Shown: positions 18,013 to 26,605 of the stretch, in pieces
How the letters are laid out: each line of letters opens with the position of its first letter
Position numbering within the stretch: position 1 is the first letter of the stretch
Virus record (IMG/VR): IMGVR_UViG_3300030518_000006
Span: 32,774-96,773 of that record
Direction: 5' to 3' (one strand)
Origin: a virus
Length of the DNA: 64,000 bases
Program-made: the position numbers and the translations under genes
The notes under the pieces: model-generated
Told to the model about the DNA's origin: nothing
What the model saw: only the letters and a program-made list of their open reading frames with translations
The model's database searches: none

Positions 18013-19844
18013 CCCGATATGGAAGCCTTTGTAGCGGTATTGAAGCAGCCACCGTTGCTTGGGATGGGATGGGATGGGAACCTGCATGGTTTAGCCAGTT
18101 CGATCCACAGCGTCCTGAAGGAGATTTCCCCTCTAGAATACTGGCCCACCACTACCCTGAAGTGCCTAACCTTGGGGATATTACATCTGAGAACTGGCTG
18201 ACTCGGGCTTCAAGCTATGGCGATATCGACGTATTGGTTGGTGGAACCCCCTGCCAAGCGTTTTCCATTGCCGGGTTGCGCAAAGGCCTTGAAGATCGCC
18301 GGGGCCAATTATCCCTTCGTTTTGTGGAGATAGCCGATGCCGCAGACCCACCCGTCATCCTCTGGGAAAACGTCCCTGGAGTCCTTAGTGATCGAACCAA
18401 TGGATTCGGTTGCCTCCTCGCTGGGCTTGCCGGTGAAGATGTGCCGCTCCAGCCAGCAGGGCGAACATGGTCGAACGCTGGTTGTGTGTTTGGCCCCAAA
18501 AGAACAGTCGCATGGCGGGTCCTCGACGCCCAATATTTCGGACTGGCCCAACGACGCCGGCGTGTGTTTGTTGTCGCAAGTCCTGGAGCCAGCGGCATCG
18601 ATCCATGCGAGATTCTATTTGAGTTCGAAGGCGTGCGCCGGGATTCTCCGCCGAGCCGCGAAGCGGGGGAAAGTACTTCCCATCCAATTGCACCGTGCCC
18701 TGATCGGAGTGGTACAGGGTTCAGTCGAACCGGAGATATCCGGGGACAGGATCCCGTTGTAGTCTGCATTACAGGTGATCGGACTCACGCGCTGAGCGCG
18801 GAAGGTGCAGATGCAGGTGAAGATGGAACGGGACGGGGAACCCCAATTATCGCTGTCGGAGGAAATAATACTAGCGGCCCTATTACTGTTGCTGCTGCTT
18901 TGAATGCGAATAGGGGATGCCCTAACCCAGGAGACTTTGAGGCTGGAACCTTGCTTGTCGCCTTCGATACGACCCAGATCACTAGTAAGACGAATCGCTG
19001 CCAGCCGAAGCACGGAGATCCCTGTCACCCTCTTGCTGCTGCTGCTCATCCTCCGGCGATAGCGATCCAGGAGCGAGCGATCTGTGAGAACCCCGATGCT
19101 GGACCTGATGGGATCGGGGTTCGCACTGATGACTGTGCTTATATCCTGGAAGCTCGAGGCGTTTCGCAGGCAGTATGCTTCCACCCGACACAAGACCCGA
19201 TCCCGAATAGCGATAATATCTGCCATGCTCTTGGTTGCGGGAACGGTCAGGGGCACGCAGCAGCAGCAGCAGTGAATATCGGGGTTCGGGTCCGCCGTCT
19301 TACTCCTCGCGAGTGTGAACGCCTGCAGGGATTCCCAGATGACTATACTGATATCCCAAAGAAAGTCTTTCGAGGTACCCCGAAAGACTCAGGCCCATGT
19401 AAGAAACAAATTGTTGTCGCCACTGTTGTTTCATTGAACGGCACCCATTATGTTGGCACAAATCATACGATGAACCCTCAAACGACTTGCCCCCGGGCTG
19501 GAATGCCAACTGGCGTCGGATATGAATTATGTCGCTCAATATGCCAGCAAACGGCACATGCAGAAGTAAACGCTCTTCAGCTTGCGGGCCGTAAAGCTCG
19601 CGGAGCAATACTTTATATAGAGGGGCACACATACGCTTGTGAGCCTTGCCTTAAAGTAGCTAAAGCCGCCGAGATTAGTTCTATTGTTTTTGGGAAGCCT
19701 CCTGGCACCAGCGCCGATGGCCCCCGCTATAAAGCTCTTGGAAACAGCATGGCTGTCCCGGTAATGCGCTGGTTGGGATGGCGGATCGACAGTGCCTTGC
19801 GTACACGTTTGGGTGGGTATCCGGTTTATGGGGAGATTCGGTGA
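18009..19844 (+). CDS. DNA cytosine-C5 methyltransferase with inserted Zn-dependent deaminase domain
   Basis: Motifs SLCSGIE, GGTPCQAFS, WENVPG, AQRRRRVF, RRLTPRECERLQGFP, RYKALGNSMAV; HAE..CEPC domain between the last two. Confidence 0.9.
   Translation: MTRYGSLCSGIEAATVAWDGMGWEPAWFSQFDPQRPEGDFPSRILAHHYPEVPNLGDITSENWLTRASSYGDIDVLVGGTPCQAFSIAGLRKGLEDRRGQLSLRFVEIADAADPPVILWENVPGVLSDRTNGFGCLLAGLAGEDVPLQPAGRTWSNAGCVFGPKRTVAWRVLDAQYFGLAQRRRRVFVVASPGASGIDPCEILFEFEGVRRDSPPSREAGESTSHPIAPCPDRSGTGFSRTGDIRGQDPVVVCITGDRTHALSAEGADAGEDGTGRGTPIIAVGGNNTSGPITVAAALNANRGCPNPGDFEAGTLLVAFDTTQITSKTNRCQPKHGDPCHPLAAAAHPPAIAIQERAICENPDAGPDGIGVRTDDCAYILEARGVSQAVCFHPTQDPIPNSDNICHALGCGNGQGHAAAAAVNIGVRVRRLTPRECERLQGFPDDYTDIPKKVFRGTPKDSGPCKKQIVVATVVSLNGTHYVGTNHTMNPQTTCPRAGMPTGVGYELCRSICQQTAHAEVNALQLAGRKARGAILYIEGHTYACEPCLKVAKAAEISSIVFGKPPGTSADGPRYKALGNSMAVPVMRWLGWRIDSALRTRLGGYPVYGEIR
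18337..18762 (+). CDS. Alternative-frame polypeptide nested in the methyltransferase (M.EcoHK31I beta-like)
   Basis: WPNDAGVCLLSQVLE..FYLSSKACAGILRRAAKRGKVLP resembles the overlapping-frame product known in this MTase subfamily. Confidence 0.6.
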   Translation: MPQTHPSSSGKTSLESLVIEPMDSVASSLGLPVKMCRSSQQGEHGRTLVVCLAPKEQSHGGSSTPNISDWPNDAGVCLLSQVLEPAASIHARFYLSSKACAGILRRAAKRGKVLPIQLHRALIGVVQGSVEPEISGDRIPL

Positions 19845-20008
19845 TCCATATCGTTCTGTGTTCAGCCGTAGTTCTCCTTATCGTAGGGTTAATGCTTTAT
19901 GTCACGGAGAGGCGGTTGCGAAGCTGGCCGGTATTTGTCCGCGTGTTATGGTATACAATGCTCGTTGTGGCAGCCTTCAATACTATGCACGGAGCATTTT
20001 TCGAATGA
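19841..20008 (+). CDS. Small two-TM protein
   Basis: GTGA overlap with MTase stop; two hydrophobic stretches. Confidence 0.45.
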   Translation: MIHIVLCSAVVLLIVGLMLYVTERRLRSWPVFVRVLWYTMLVVAAFNTMHGAFFE

Positions 20009-20145
20009 CTCTTCCCCCGCCCGTCATCTCGCTTGAGTCGCTGCTCTTCTGGAACCTGGCCGCCGCGGTCGGCATCACGCTGCTCGTCCGGTTCTTGGTG
20101 CTCTGGCTCGCCCGTACCCTATTCGGAGAGGGTCATGACCACTGA
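20005..20145 (+). CDS. Small membrane protein (copy 2 of 16614)
   Basis: Near-identical DNA to 16614-16754. Confidence 0.6.
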   Translation: MTLPPPVISLESLLFWNLAAAVGITLLVRFLVLWLARTLFGEGHDH

Positions 20146-20281
20146 GCAGCTCTACTACGCGACTGGCATCGCCTCCAATGTTCTGACCATCCTGACCTGC
20201 GCCTACACCATCTGGACGCTCCGCAGCTGGGTGGGCAGCACGGTGAAGAAGGCGCTCGACGACGTGAAGAAAGCGATCTGA
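20135..20281 (+). CDS. Small membrane protein (copy 2 of 16744)
   Basis: Near-identical DNA to 16744-16890. Confidence 0.6.
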   Translation: MTTEQLYYATGIASNVLTILTCAYTIWTLRSWVGSTVKKALDDVKKAI

Positions 20282-20282
20282 C

Positions 20283-20633
20283 ATGCCCCTCTACCACCTC
20301 CTCGGCCAGCCTCTCAACATCGACCCCAACACTGGCAAGCGCATCTGGGTCTGCCTGTGCGGGCAGAAGGTGAGCCTGCCGAATGTCCAGCCGGCGAACC
20401 AGGCGATCTCGATCTCCAACAACCGGGTGGAGGTCATGGAGTGCCCGGCGTGCTACAACGCCACGGATGAGAAGGAGGAAGAGGCCGCGCCGGTCAGCGA
20501 GACCGACGGGGAGCTCAAGCCGACCTTCGATCAGGACATCGGCGAGGCCACTGATGACCAGGAGGCACCTGACGAGACCACCGGCGACGGTGAGGTGCTC
20601 AAGGAAGAAAAGGTCGATTTCCCGGATACCTGA
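20283..20633 (+). CDS. Zn-ribbon protein with acidic tail (copy 2)
   Basis: WVCLCG..MECPAC, paralogue of 17662-18012. Confidence 0.65.
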   Translation: MPLYHLLGQPLNIDPNTGKRIWVCLCGQKVSLPNVQPANQAISISNNRVEVMECPACYNATDEKEEEAAPVSETDGELKPTFDQDIGEATDDQEAPDETTGDGEVLKEEKVDFPDT

Positions 20634-20651
20634 GATAGAGTCGCCCGCATC

Positions 20652-21014
20652 ATGGCGACTCTCCTCTATGAGAAACACTACGTCGGTACCGATGAGAACG
20701 TACCCACGGGTGAAGAGACCCTCTATTTCTGGTGCCCTGGCTGTAGAGGCGGTCATATGTACCGCATCAAGCGCAAGGACGGGGATACTCAGCAGCCCTT
20801 GTGGACCTGGAATGGCAGCAAGGAGAAGCCGACCTTCACCCCGTCGCTGCTGTATTACGAGACCGATCCGGTAACGGAGAAGCGCAAGTCGATCTGCCAT
20901 ATCTACGTCACGGGCGGAATGATCCAGTTCCTCGCGGATTGTCAGCATCACCTCGCTGGGAAAACGGTGCCCATGGTCGATCTGGATCTCCCTCTCAGTG
21001 AGCGGGAACGATAG
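20652..21014 (+). CDS. DUF6527-like Zn-binding protein
   Basis: FWCPGC..H..WTWNG..KPTFTPSLL..CH..G.IQFLADC.H.LAG. Confidence 0.7.
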   Translation: MATLLYEKHYVGTDENVPTGEETLYFWCPGCRGGHMYRIKRKDGDTQQPLWTWNGSKEKPTFTPSLLYYETDPVTEKRKSICHIYVTGGMIQFLADCQHHLAGKTVPMVDLDLPLSERER

Positions 21015-21030
21015 GCAGTACCGCTACGGC

Positions 21031-21058
21031 TTGACTTTCATTCCGCGCCATCCATACT
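21031..21058 (+). promoter_or_regulatory. Sigma70-like promoter (probably leaderless transcript)
   Basis: TTGACT-16-CATACT, ATG 7 nt downstream. Confidence 0.5.
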
Positions 21059-21065
21059 GCGGCTC

Positions 21066-21551
21066 ATGGGTTACACCCGCACCCCGGCGCACTACACCGC
21101 TAGCGCTGCCTATCACGGCGGCGATCCGGTGTGGATCCGCCCTGCCAATCTCGACCTGCGCCGTATCAACCCCCAAGGCGGGGCCGCGCTCGGCGACGAC
21201 GGCATTGACCTGATCGCGATGATCCCCCAGCTGACCCAGACCCTGGCAACCGTGGGCACCACGGCAGTCCAGTTGCGGGAACAGCAGATCCAGAACCAAC
21301 GCCAGGACGCGAACCAGGCCCAAGCCGTCGCCGCGACGAATGCGCAGACCGCCGCCCTGGAGCAAGCAACGGCGGCGAACCAAGCCGTCGCCGACCCAAC
21401 CGCATCGCCTGCGGCGGTACCGACTCCAGGCGTGTCACTTCCCACCCCGCACGGCAAGAAGGGGGGCGGCATGACTGTCCCCCTGATCATCGGGGGTACC
21501 GTCATCGGGATTGCCGTGGTTCTGGCATTGCTCAAGCTCCGCCGGGGCTGA
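21066..21551 (+). CDS. Tail-anchored virion membrane protein
   Basis: C-terminal TM followed by KLRRG. Confidence 0.65.
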   Translation: MGYTRTPAHYTASAAYHGGDPVWIRPANLDLRRINPQGGAALGDDGIDLIAMIPQLTQTLATVGTTAVQLREQQIQNQRQDANQAQAVAATNAQTAALEQATAANQAVADPTASPAAVPTPGVSLPTPHGKKGGGMTVPLIIGGTVIGIAVVLALLKLRRG

Positions 21552-21552
21552 T

Positions 21553-22767
21553 ATGGCCCGGTCCTACCAGCCCAACCTCGGGGCGCTCGAGCAGGCCCGG
21601 TACCAACACATGCACCGGAGAGCACGCAACCAGCTGGCCGGGTTGGGAGACGCATCCGTTCCGTACGTCCCGTCGGTCGCGGTCCAGGCAGCGATGACCC
21701 CGAACCTGACGGGCAGTGGCCCGACCATGACCCAGACCGCAGCGGTCACCGCCACCATGAAGTCGGCAATCATCGCCGCGGCGGTTGAGGTGTCCCTGGC
21801 CCAGACCATCGTCTCCACTGTCGGGGATGCCGTTATCAGCGCGGCCACAGTCGCCGCTGCCACGGCAATCACCGGTACTGCGGTCGCCGCAGGAGCCGCC
21901 GCCACGTCTGCATGCTTGTCCGCCGGGTGCTGCTGGCCGATTGTCGGGTGGGCCTTCGACGCCTTGGTGATCATCGGGGAATTCATCTCCAGCCAATCCG
22001 CCAAGCGCCAGACGGCGTTCGTGATCCAAGAGACCAAGGATCATATCAGCGCCTATGGCCAGGCGGCCCAGGCCGAGATCGACGCCATGCAACTCCAGAT
22101 CGGGCAGTCCGTCTACCCGACCGCACAGGCCCTGGCTGCGTCGACCCAGGCCCTCAACGGCTTCAACGGACTCGGGGGTCTGCCGCCGTGGGCTCGGGAA
22201 GTGATCTCCAAGGTCCAGGTCGATCTGATCAAGCAGGTCGGCAATCTGATCCTGAGTACCGGTGAACTCGGGGCCAAGATCGTGGGGGACAAGCATGGGG
22301 AAGAACTGGCTGCTAAGAAAAAGAAGCAGTTCGACGACAACTCGGACCGGGTCCAGCAGATGTTCTCCGGCAAGCTCAAGAACCCCTACCGGATGTTCGC
22401 CGACGGGCTCGACGATATCGGGCGCACCCTCGGGGGTGAGCAGGGCGTGCACGTGATCAACCAGAAGTGCTCTGAACTCCAGACGGCGGCCGAGGCAGAC
22501 ATCGATACCTGGAAGACCCAGACCGAGGCGGTGCTCCAGACCCCCGACTACACCCAAGCGGTCACCGTCAACATCGCCAAGGCCCTACGCGCGGACCCGA
22601 GTTTTACCGCCAATGTCACCACGATCGCGGCCAACAACCAGATGCTGGTGGCCTACTTCAACGGACTCAACGGGCTCTCCACCGACTCGTCCCGAGCGAA
22701 CAGCGCCGGTGGCTTGGTGGCGACCCTCGGAGGCATCGCTGCCGCCCTCTATTTCTTTAAGCATTGA
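21553..22767 (+). CDS. Tail-anchored virion membrane protein with GLG motifs
   Basis: LAGLGD, NGFNGLGG, NGLNGL; Ala-rich hydrophobic core; C-terminal TM + KH. Confidence 0.65.
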   Translation: MARSYQPNLGALEQARYQHMHRRARNQLAGLGDASVPYVPSVAVQAAMTPNLTGSGPTMTQTAAVTATMKSAIIAAAVEVSLAQTIVSTVGDAVISAATVAAATAITGTAVAAGAAATSACLSAGCCWPIVGWAFDALVIIGEFISSQSAKRQTAFVIQETKDHISAYGQAAQAEIDAMQLQIGQSVYPTAQALAASTQALNGFNGLGGLPPWAREVISKVQVDLIKQVGNLILSTGELGAKIVGDKHGEELAAKKKKQFDDNSDRVQQMFSGKLKNPYRMFADGLDDIGRTLGGEQGVHVINQKCSELQTAAEADIDTWKTQTEAVLQTPDYTQAVTVNIAKALRADPSFTANVTTIAANNQMLVAYFNGLNGLSTDSSRANSAGGLVATLGGIAAALYFFKH

Positions 22768-22791
22768 AATACCAACCATACCCCCTATCCT
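22764..22791 (+). promoter_or_regulatory. Sigma70-like promoter
   Basis: TTGAAA-16-TATCCT upstream of 22849. Confidence 0.4.
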
Positions 22792-22848
22792 GGCATCATC
22801 CGCTCTCATGAGCCCCGCGCCAACTTCTCCTTTCTAGGAACCCTACCC

Positions 22849-23520
22849 ATGGCTGGCTACCCCTCGATCAATGCTCCCGGCGCCCGTTCGCTCGCGGTGC
22901 CCCCGCCCAAGAGCCTGAAGATCCCGCTCGGGCGCCGACTGGACGCCAAGATGGCGAAGAACCTCATGTCCGCCCGCCCCAAGCGCGTGCCGCGCGACAA
23001 TGGCGGCGGCGGGTTCTTCCCCGGCATGGGTGAAGAGATGGACGAGACCGAGGTCAAGGTCGGGTACTCCGATCTCGGCCGGTGGTACGGCCCGAACCAG
23101 CGCCGCCCGGCGACCAGCGGCATGGCGCGCACCAATCGCCTTGCCGGCCTGGGCGACACCCCGACCGCCGGCTCCGGCACCCCCGGTGCGGCCACCGCGG
23201 CTCCCGCCCCGATCATCAAGCGCGTGCCCAATACCCCGCGTCACCTGGTGACCCAAGGCACCCCGACATCGATCTCCTCGGTCTCCGGCCTCGGCGCGCT
23301 GCACGCGGCAGCCCACGCCGCCCACGCCAAGACCAAGCATGCGGCGATCGTCAAGCACGCGGCGATCAAGGTGCACAAGCTCGCCCCGGCACACGACGGG
23401 TTCATGCCCGGCTTCGGCGCCTTCGACATGGCGAGCCTGACCAGCCCCAAGATGCTCATCGGCGGGGCGCTCGCCTTCGGCGCCTGGTATTTCCTGCTCC
23501 GCAAGAAGCGCCGCGCCTGA
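22849..23520 (+). CDS. Tail-anchored virion membrane protein with GFMPG/GLG motifs
   Basis: GFFPGMG, LAGLGD, SGLGA, DGFMPGFGA; C-terminal TM + RKKRRA. Confidence 0.7.
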   Translation: MAGYPSINAPGARSLAVPPPKSLKIPLGRRLDAKMAKNLMSARPKRVPRDNGGGGFFPGMGEEMDETEVKVGYSDLGRWYGPNQRRPATSGMARTNRLAGLGDTPTAGSGTPGAATAAPAPIIKRVPNTPRHLVTQGTPTSISSVSGLGALHAAAHAAHAKTKHAAIVKHAAIKVHKLAPAHDGFMPGFGAFDMASLTSPKMLIGGALAFGAWYFLLRKKRRA

Positions 23521-23523
23521 GCC

Positions 23524-23973
23524 ATGGGCTGGCTGACCCCCGAGATCACCGCCCCCGTCACCCTGAAGCTCACCGCTGATGACGTGCGGCGCGAGGCCCT
23601 GGGGCGGATCCTGTCGCTCTCCGGGGCAAGTGTCGGCATCATCGGGGGCATCCTGATCCTGTCCGCGAATCCGGCGCTCAAGGGCGCGGTCACCGCCGGA
23701 CAGGGCCAGACCATCACCCTGAGCGTCGCGGACGCCAAGAAGAGCGCCCTGGGCAAGTCCTTGGCCCTCATCGGTACTGGCATCGGTGTGGCAGGCTCCC
23801 TGCTGGTGATGAGCTCGAACCCGAAGTCCAAGGCCAAATTCGCGTCCGCCTATGACGCCCTGCCCGCCGGACTCAAGACCCACAAGAACGTGCTGATGGC
23901 CCTCGGTGGTGCCGCCGTGGTCGGCGGGATCGCCTACATGCTCAAACTCCAGAACTCGCAGTACGCCACATGA
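23524..23973 (+). CDS. Three-TM membrane protein
   Basis: Three Gly-rich hydrophobic segments. Confidence 0.65.
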   Translation: MGWLTPEITAPVTLKLTADDVRREALGRILSLSGASVGIIGGILILSANPALKGAVTAGQGQTITLSVADAKKSALGKSLALIGTGIGVAGSLLVMSSNPKSKAKFASAYDALPAGLKTHKNVLMALGGAAVVGGIAYMLKLQNSQYAT

Positions 23974-25763
23974 GCGACAACATCTTCACCCCGGTCGGCA
24001 ACACGGACGAGGCGTCGGCCCTGATGGGAACCAGCGGCCGGGTCTGGTCCCCCTTCTCCCCGTTCTTCAACCAGCGCGCCGCGGTGAAGCGAGACTTCGC
24101 CGAAGAGCGCGGCCGGTTCAAGCGCATCATGCGCCGCAATCCCCTCTCCGAGCAGGAGAAGCTCGCCCTGGTCAGCGGCACCGATCCCAAGGCTATCGTC
24201 CCGGTCACTGCCTCGCTCGCCGTCGGCGGCTTGATCGTGAACCGTGCTTGGGAGGATGCCGCTGACTACTGCGAGTATCTGGTCCGCCACTACCATTCCC
24301 GGATAGGTGGTGCGCGAGCGAAGGCGGACGCTGCGCGAGCGAAGAAGGGGCAGGGCCCGAAGATCATATCCAGTTCAGCCATTACCTGGGCGGTGGCGTT
24401 CAGCGCCATCGGCCAATACTGCAGGGCCCTGGCCGAGGGCCGGGAGCCGACGCGCCCTGCGCGCACCATCGCCGACCGGAAGGTGGGGGCGGTGATCTCG
24501 ATGTGGGATGACGTCCGCAAGTCCTGCCTGGCCGCGGAGGGCAACGTCAAGCTGCCGTTTGCCGCCTATTCCGAGATGCCGGTGGTGACCTGCCCCGGTG
24601 CCGGTGGGGTGACCAAGTTCTCCGGCCTGACGGGCAAGACCCTCGGCGTGGCAGTGCCAACCGGTCCCGATGTCCGCGGTTGCGCGTCCTTCTGCTACTC
24701 CCTGAAGGCCTTCGGCAAGCCCACCTGCGTCGCCCGCCAGCTGATCCTGACCCTCGGCGCGGCTGTGGATCCGGTGCGCCACGCCCAGGTAGTCACCGAG
24801 CAGATGACCAAGCTCGCCAAGAAGGGGACCAAGATCCTGCGCCTGTTTGTCGATGGGGACTTCCGCAGCGAAGCCTCGATCATTGCCTGGATGGACCACT
24901 GCGTCCGCCCGCTGCATGCGCTCGGCGTCACCGTCTATGGGTACAGCAAGTCGTGGGAGCATCTCCATGCCGTGCACCGGCAGAAGGGCGCATCCTGGTG
25001 GCCGACCAACTATGTGATGAACATCTCGAGCGGCAGCCGCTTCGCATCGGATCCGACCTGGCAGGCGCGCATCCGTGAACTGCCGGTTGCCCGCGGCGGT
25101 TTCCTGGCGGTGGATCCAATCCAGCGTCTGCTGTGGAAGGCGATGACCAAGGTTCACGGTGAAGCGGTCTGGCAGAAGTACTGCAACGCGGCCAGCCGAC
25201 ACGTCGGTCACCCCGGTGCGGCCGAGAAGCTCCTGCATGCTGTGAAGTCCATGATTGGCAAGGCGAACCCGGCCCTCGTCACCGATTACAACAACTACGT
25301 CAACACCATCCACATCATCGAGAATAAGCCGAGTGTGCTCAAGCGCATCGCCTCGATCGCCGGCGAGAAGGCACTCAAGCCGGGCCCAGTTGTCCAGGCC
25401 AGCACCTGGGCCTTCTTGTCCGAGCTGGTCAAGGGGCAGGAGATGCCGTGCCCGATCGCATGCGGGTCGTGCCCAAAGACCGCGATCATCACCCACGACA
25501 AGGTTGTGCGCGCCGCCTTGCAGCCGGAGCTCGATGCCCTCGGGGCCGAAATGCAGAAGAAGCACGGGATCTCGGAGAAGGAGCGCCGAGACTGGGAGGA
25601 ACACGTCCGGGGCACCGACGCGACGACCGTGTCTGCTGGCGAGGCTGAGGCCCGCAAGAACTACCGCGCCCAGGTCGCCGCCCAGATCGAGAAGGGCTCA
25701 CCGCTCATGCACTGGTGCGGGAACAAGAAGATGAAGCAAGACATCATCATCGGGTTGCATTGA
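23970..25763 (+). CDS. GP88-family-like Cys-motif protein with N- and C-terminal extensions
   Basis: VTCPGAG..CASFCYSLKA..RLFVDGDF..YGYSKS..PTNYVMNIS resembles phage GP88 family. Confidence 0.65.
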   Translation: MSDNIFTPVGNTDEASALMGTSGRVWSPFSPFFNQRAAVKRDFAEERGRFKRIMRRNPLSEQEKLALVSGTDPKAIVPVTASLAVGGLIVNRAWEDAADYCEYLVRHYHSRIGGARAKADAARAKKGQGPKIISSSAITWAVAFSAIGQYCRALAEGREPTRPARTIADRKVGAVISMWDDVRKSCLAAEGNVKLPFAAYSEMPVVTCPGAGGVTKFSGLTGKTLGVAVPTGPDVRGCASFCYSLKAFGKPTCVARQLILTLGAAVDPVRHAQVVTEQMTKLAKKGTKILRLFVDGDFRSEASIIAWMDHCVRPLHALGVTVYGYSKSWEHLHAVHRQKGASWWPTNYVMNISSGSRFASDPTWQARIRELPVARGGFLAVDPIQRLLWKAMTKVHGEAVWQKYCNAASRHVGHPGAAEKLLHAVKSMIGKANPALVTDYNNYVNTIHIIENKPSVLKRIASIAGEKALKPGPVVQASTWAFLSELVKGQEMPCPIACGSCPKTAIITHDKVVRAALQPELDALGAEMQKKHGISEKERRDWEEHVRGTDATTVSAGEAEARKNYRAQVAAQIEKGSPLMHWCGNKKMKQDIIIGLH

Positions 25764-25832
25764 CGTGCTAACTGGCCCCCGTTCACGAATTCCAGTAGAA
25801 TCCGCCACAACCCTGGATACAGTAGGCCACCT

Positions 25833-26267
25833 ATGATCCGCCGACGCCGCAGCCATCGCCGCTTCCGCCGCAACGCGCGCCCTGGTGAGAACCAGATCCC
25901 GACCGTGCGCATCGTCCGCCGGCCGAGCAAGAACCCCCGCCGCTTCATCCGCCGCAATGTGCCGATCACCCCGGCGCAGGCTGCCGCGATGAAGGCTGTC
26001 CTCCGAGCTCACGGCTACCTCAAGACCAACCCACTCCGCCGTCGCCACAAGCGGCGCAATCCCCGAAAGCACCGCATGGCACGCCATCACCGCAAGGTCC
26101 GCCGGAACCCCGCACCCCCGAAGGGCAAGCGCGCTGGCAGCGTGTTCAAGCGCAAGGGCAAGTGGTTCCGCATCTCACTCAAGAAGGTCCGCAAGGGTCG
26201 CCGCGTCGTCCGCCGCCGCGTCACCGTCAAGACCACCGCCCGCGCCGCGAAGCGCAGCCGCCGCTAA
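25833..26267 (+). CDS. Arg/Lys-rich core (DNA-condensing) protein with NP motifs
   Basis: 144 aa, extremely basic; SKNP, KTNP, RRNP x2. Confidence 0.7.
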   Translation: MIRRRRSHRRFRRNARPGENQIPTVRIVRRPSKNPRRFIRRNVPITPAQAAAMKAVLRAHGYLKTNPLRRRHKRRNPRKHRMARHHRKVRRNPAPPKGKRAGSVFKRKGKWFRISLKKVRKGRRVVRRRVTVKTTARAAKRSRR

Positions 26268-26301
26268 GCCTGCTCACCCTCACCTGATTCTGGAGACTCC
26301 C

Positions 26302-26532
26302 ATGCCCCGTCGCCGCCACAGCCGCTACCGCCGGAACCCCGGCAAGCTCCCCGTCAAGGTCACCTTCCGCAAGGGTGGCAAGCACGTGGTGATCTTCCGT
26401 CACCACAAGGCCACCGCCGCGACCAAGGCCAAGCGCCGGGCCGCGGGCAAGCGCCTTGCCAAGATGTGGACCGCCAAGGAGCGGATGGCGAACCTGCGCA
26501 AGGCGTGGGCTGCGAACCGCCGCCGTCGCTGA
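26302..26532 (+). CDS. Small basic core protein
   Basis: 76 aa; RRNPGK; RBS GGAG. Confidence 0.7.
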   Translation: MPRRRHSRYRRNPGKLPVKVTFRKGGKHVVIFRHHKATAATKAKRRAAGKRLAKMWTAKERMANLRKAWAANRRRR

Positions 26533-26605
26533 GTCGACCGTCAGCTGACCCGCAGCCCGGTCCTCCGCATCCTTGCGCGACCGGGCGGCACACCAGGACG
26601 AGCAC

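Noticed and set aside
19392-19700. Intein in the methyltransferase
   Set aside because: No intein-like termini (C/S start, HN end); the motifs are those of a Zn deaminase
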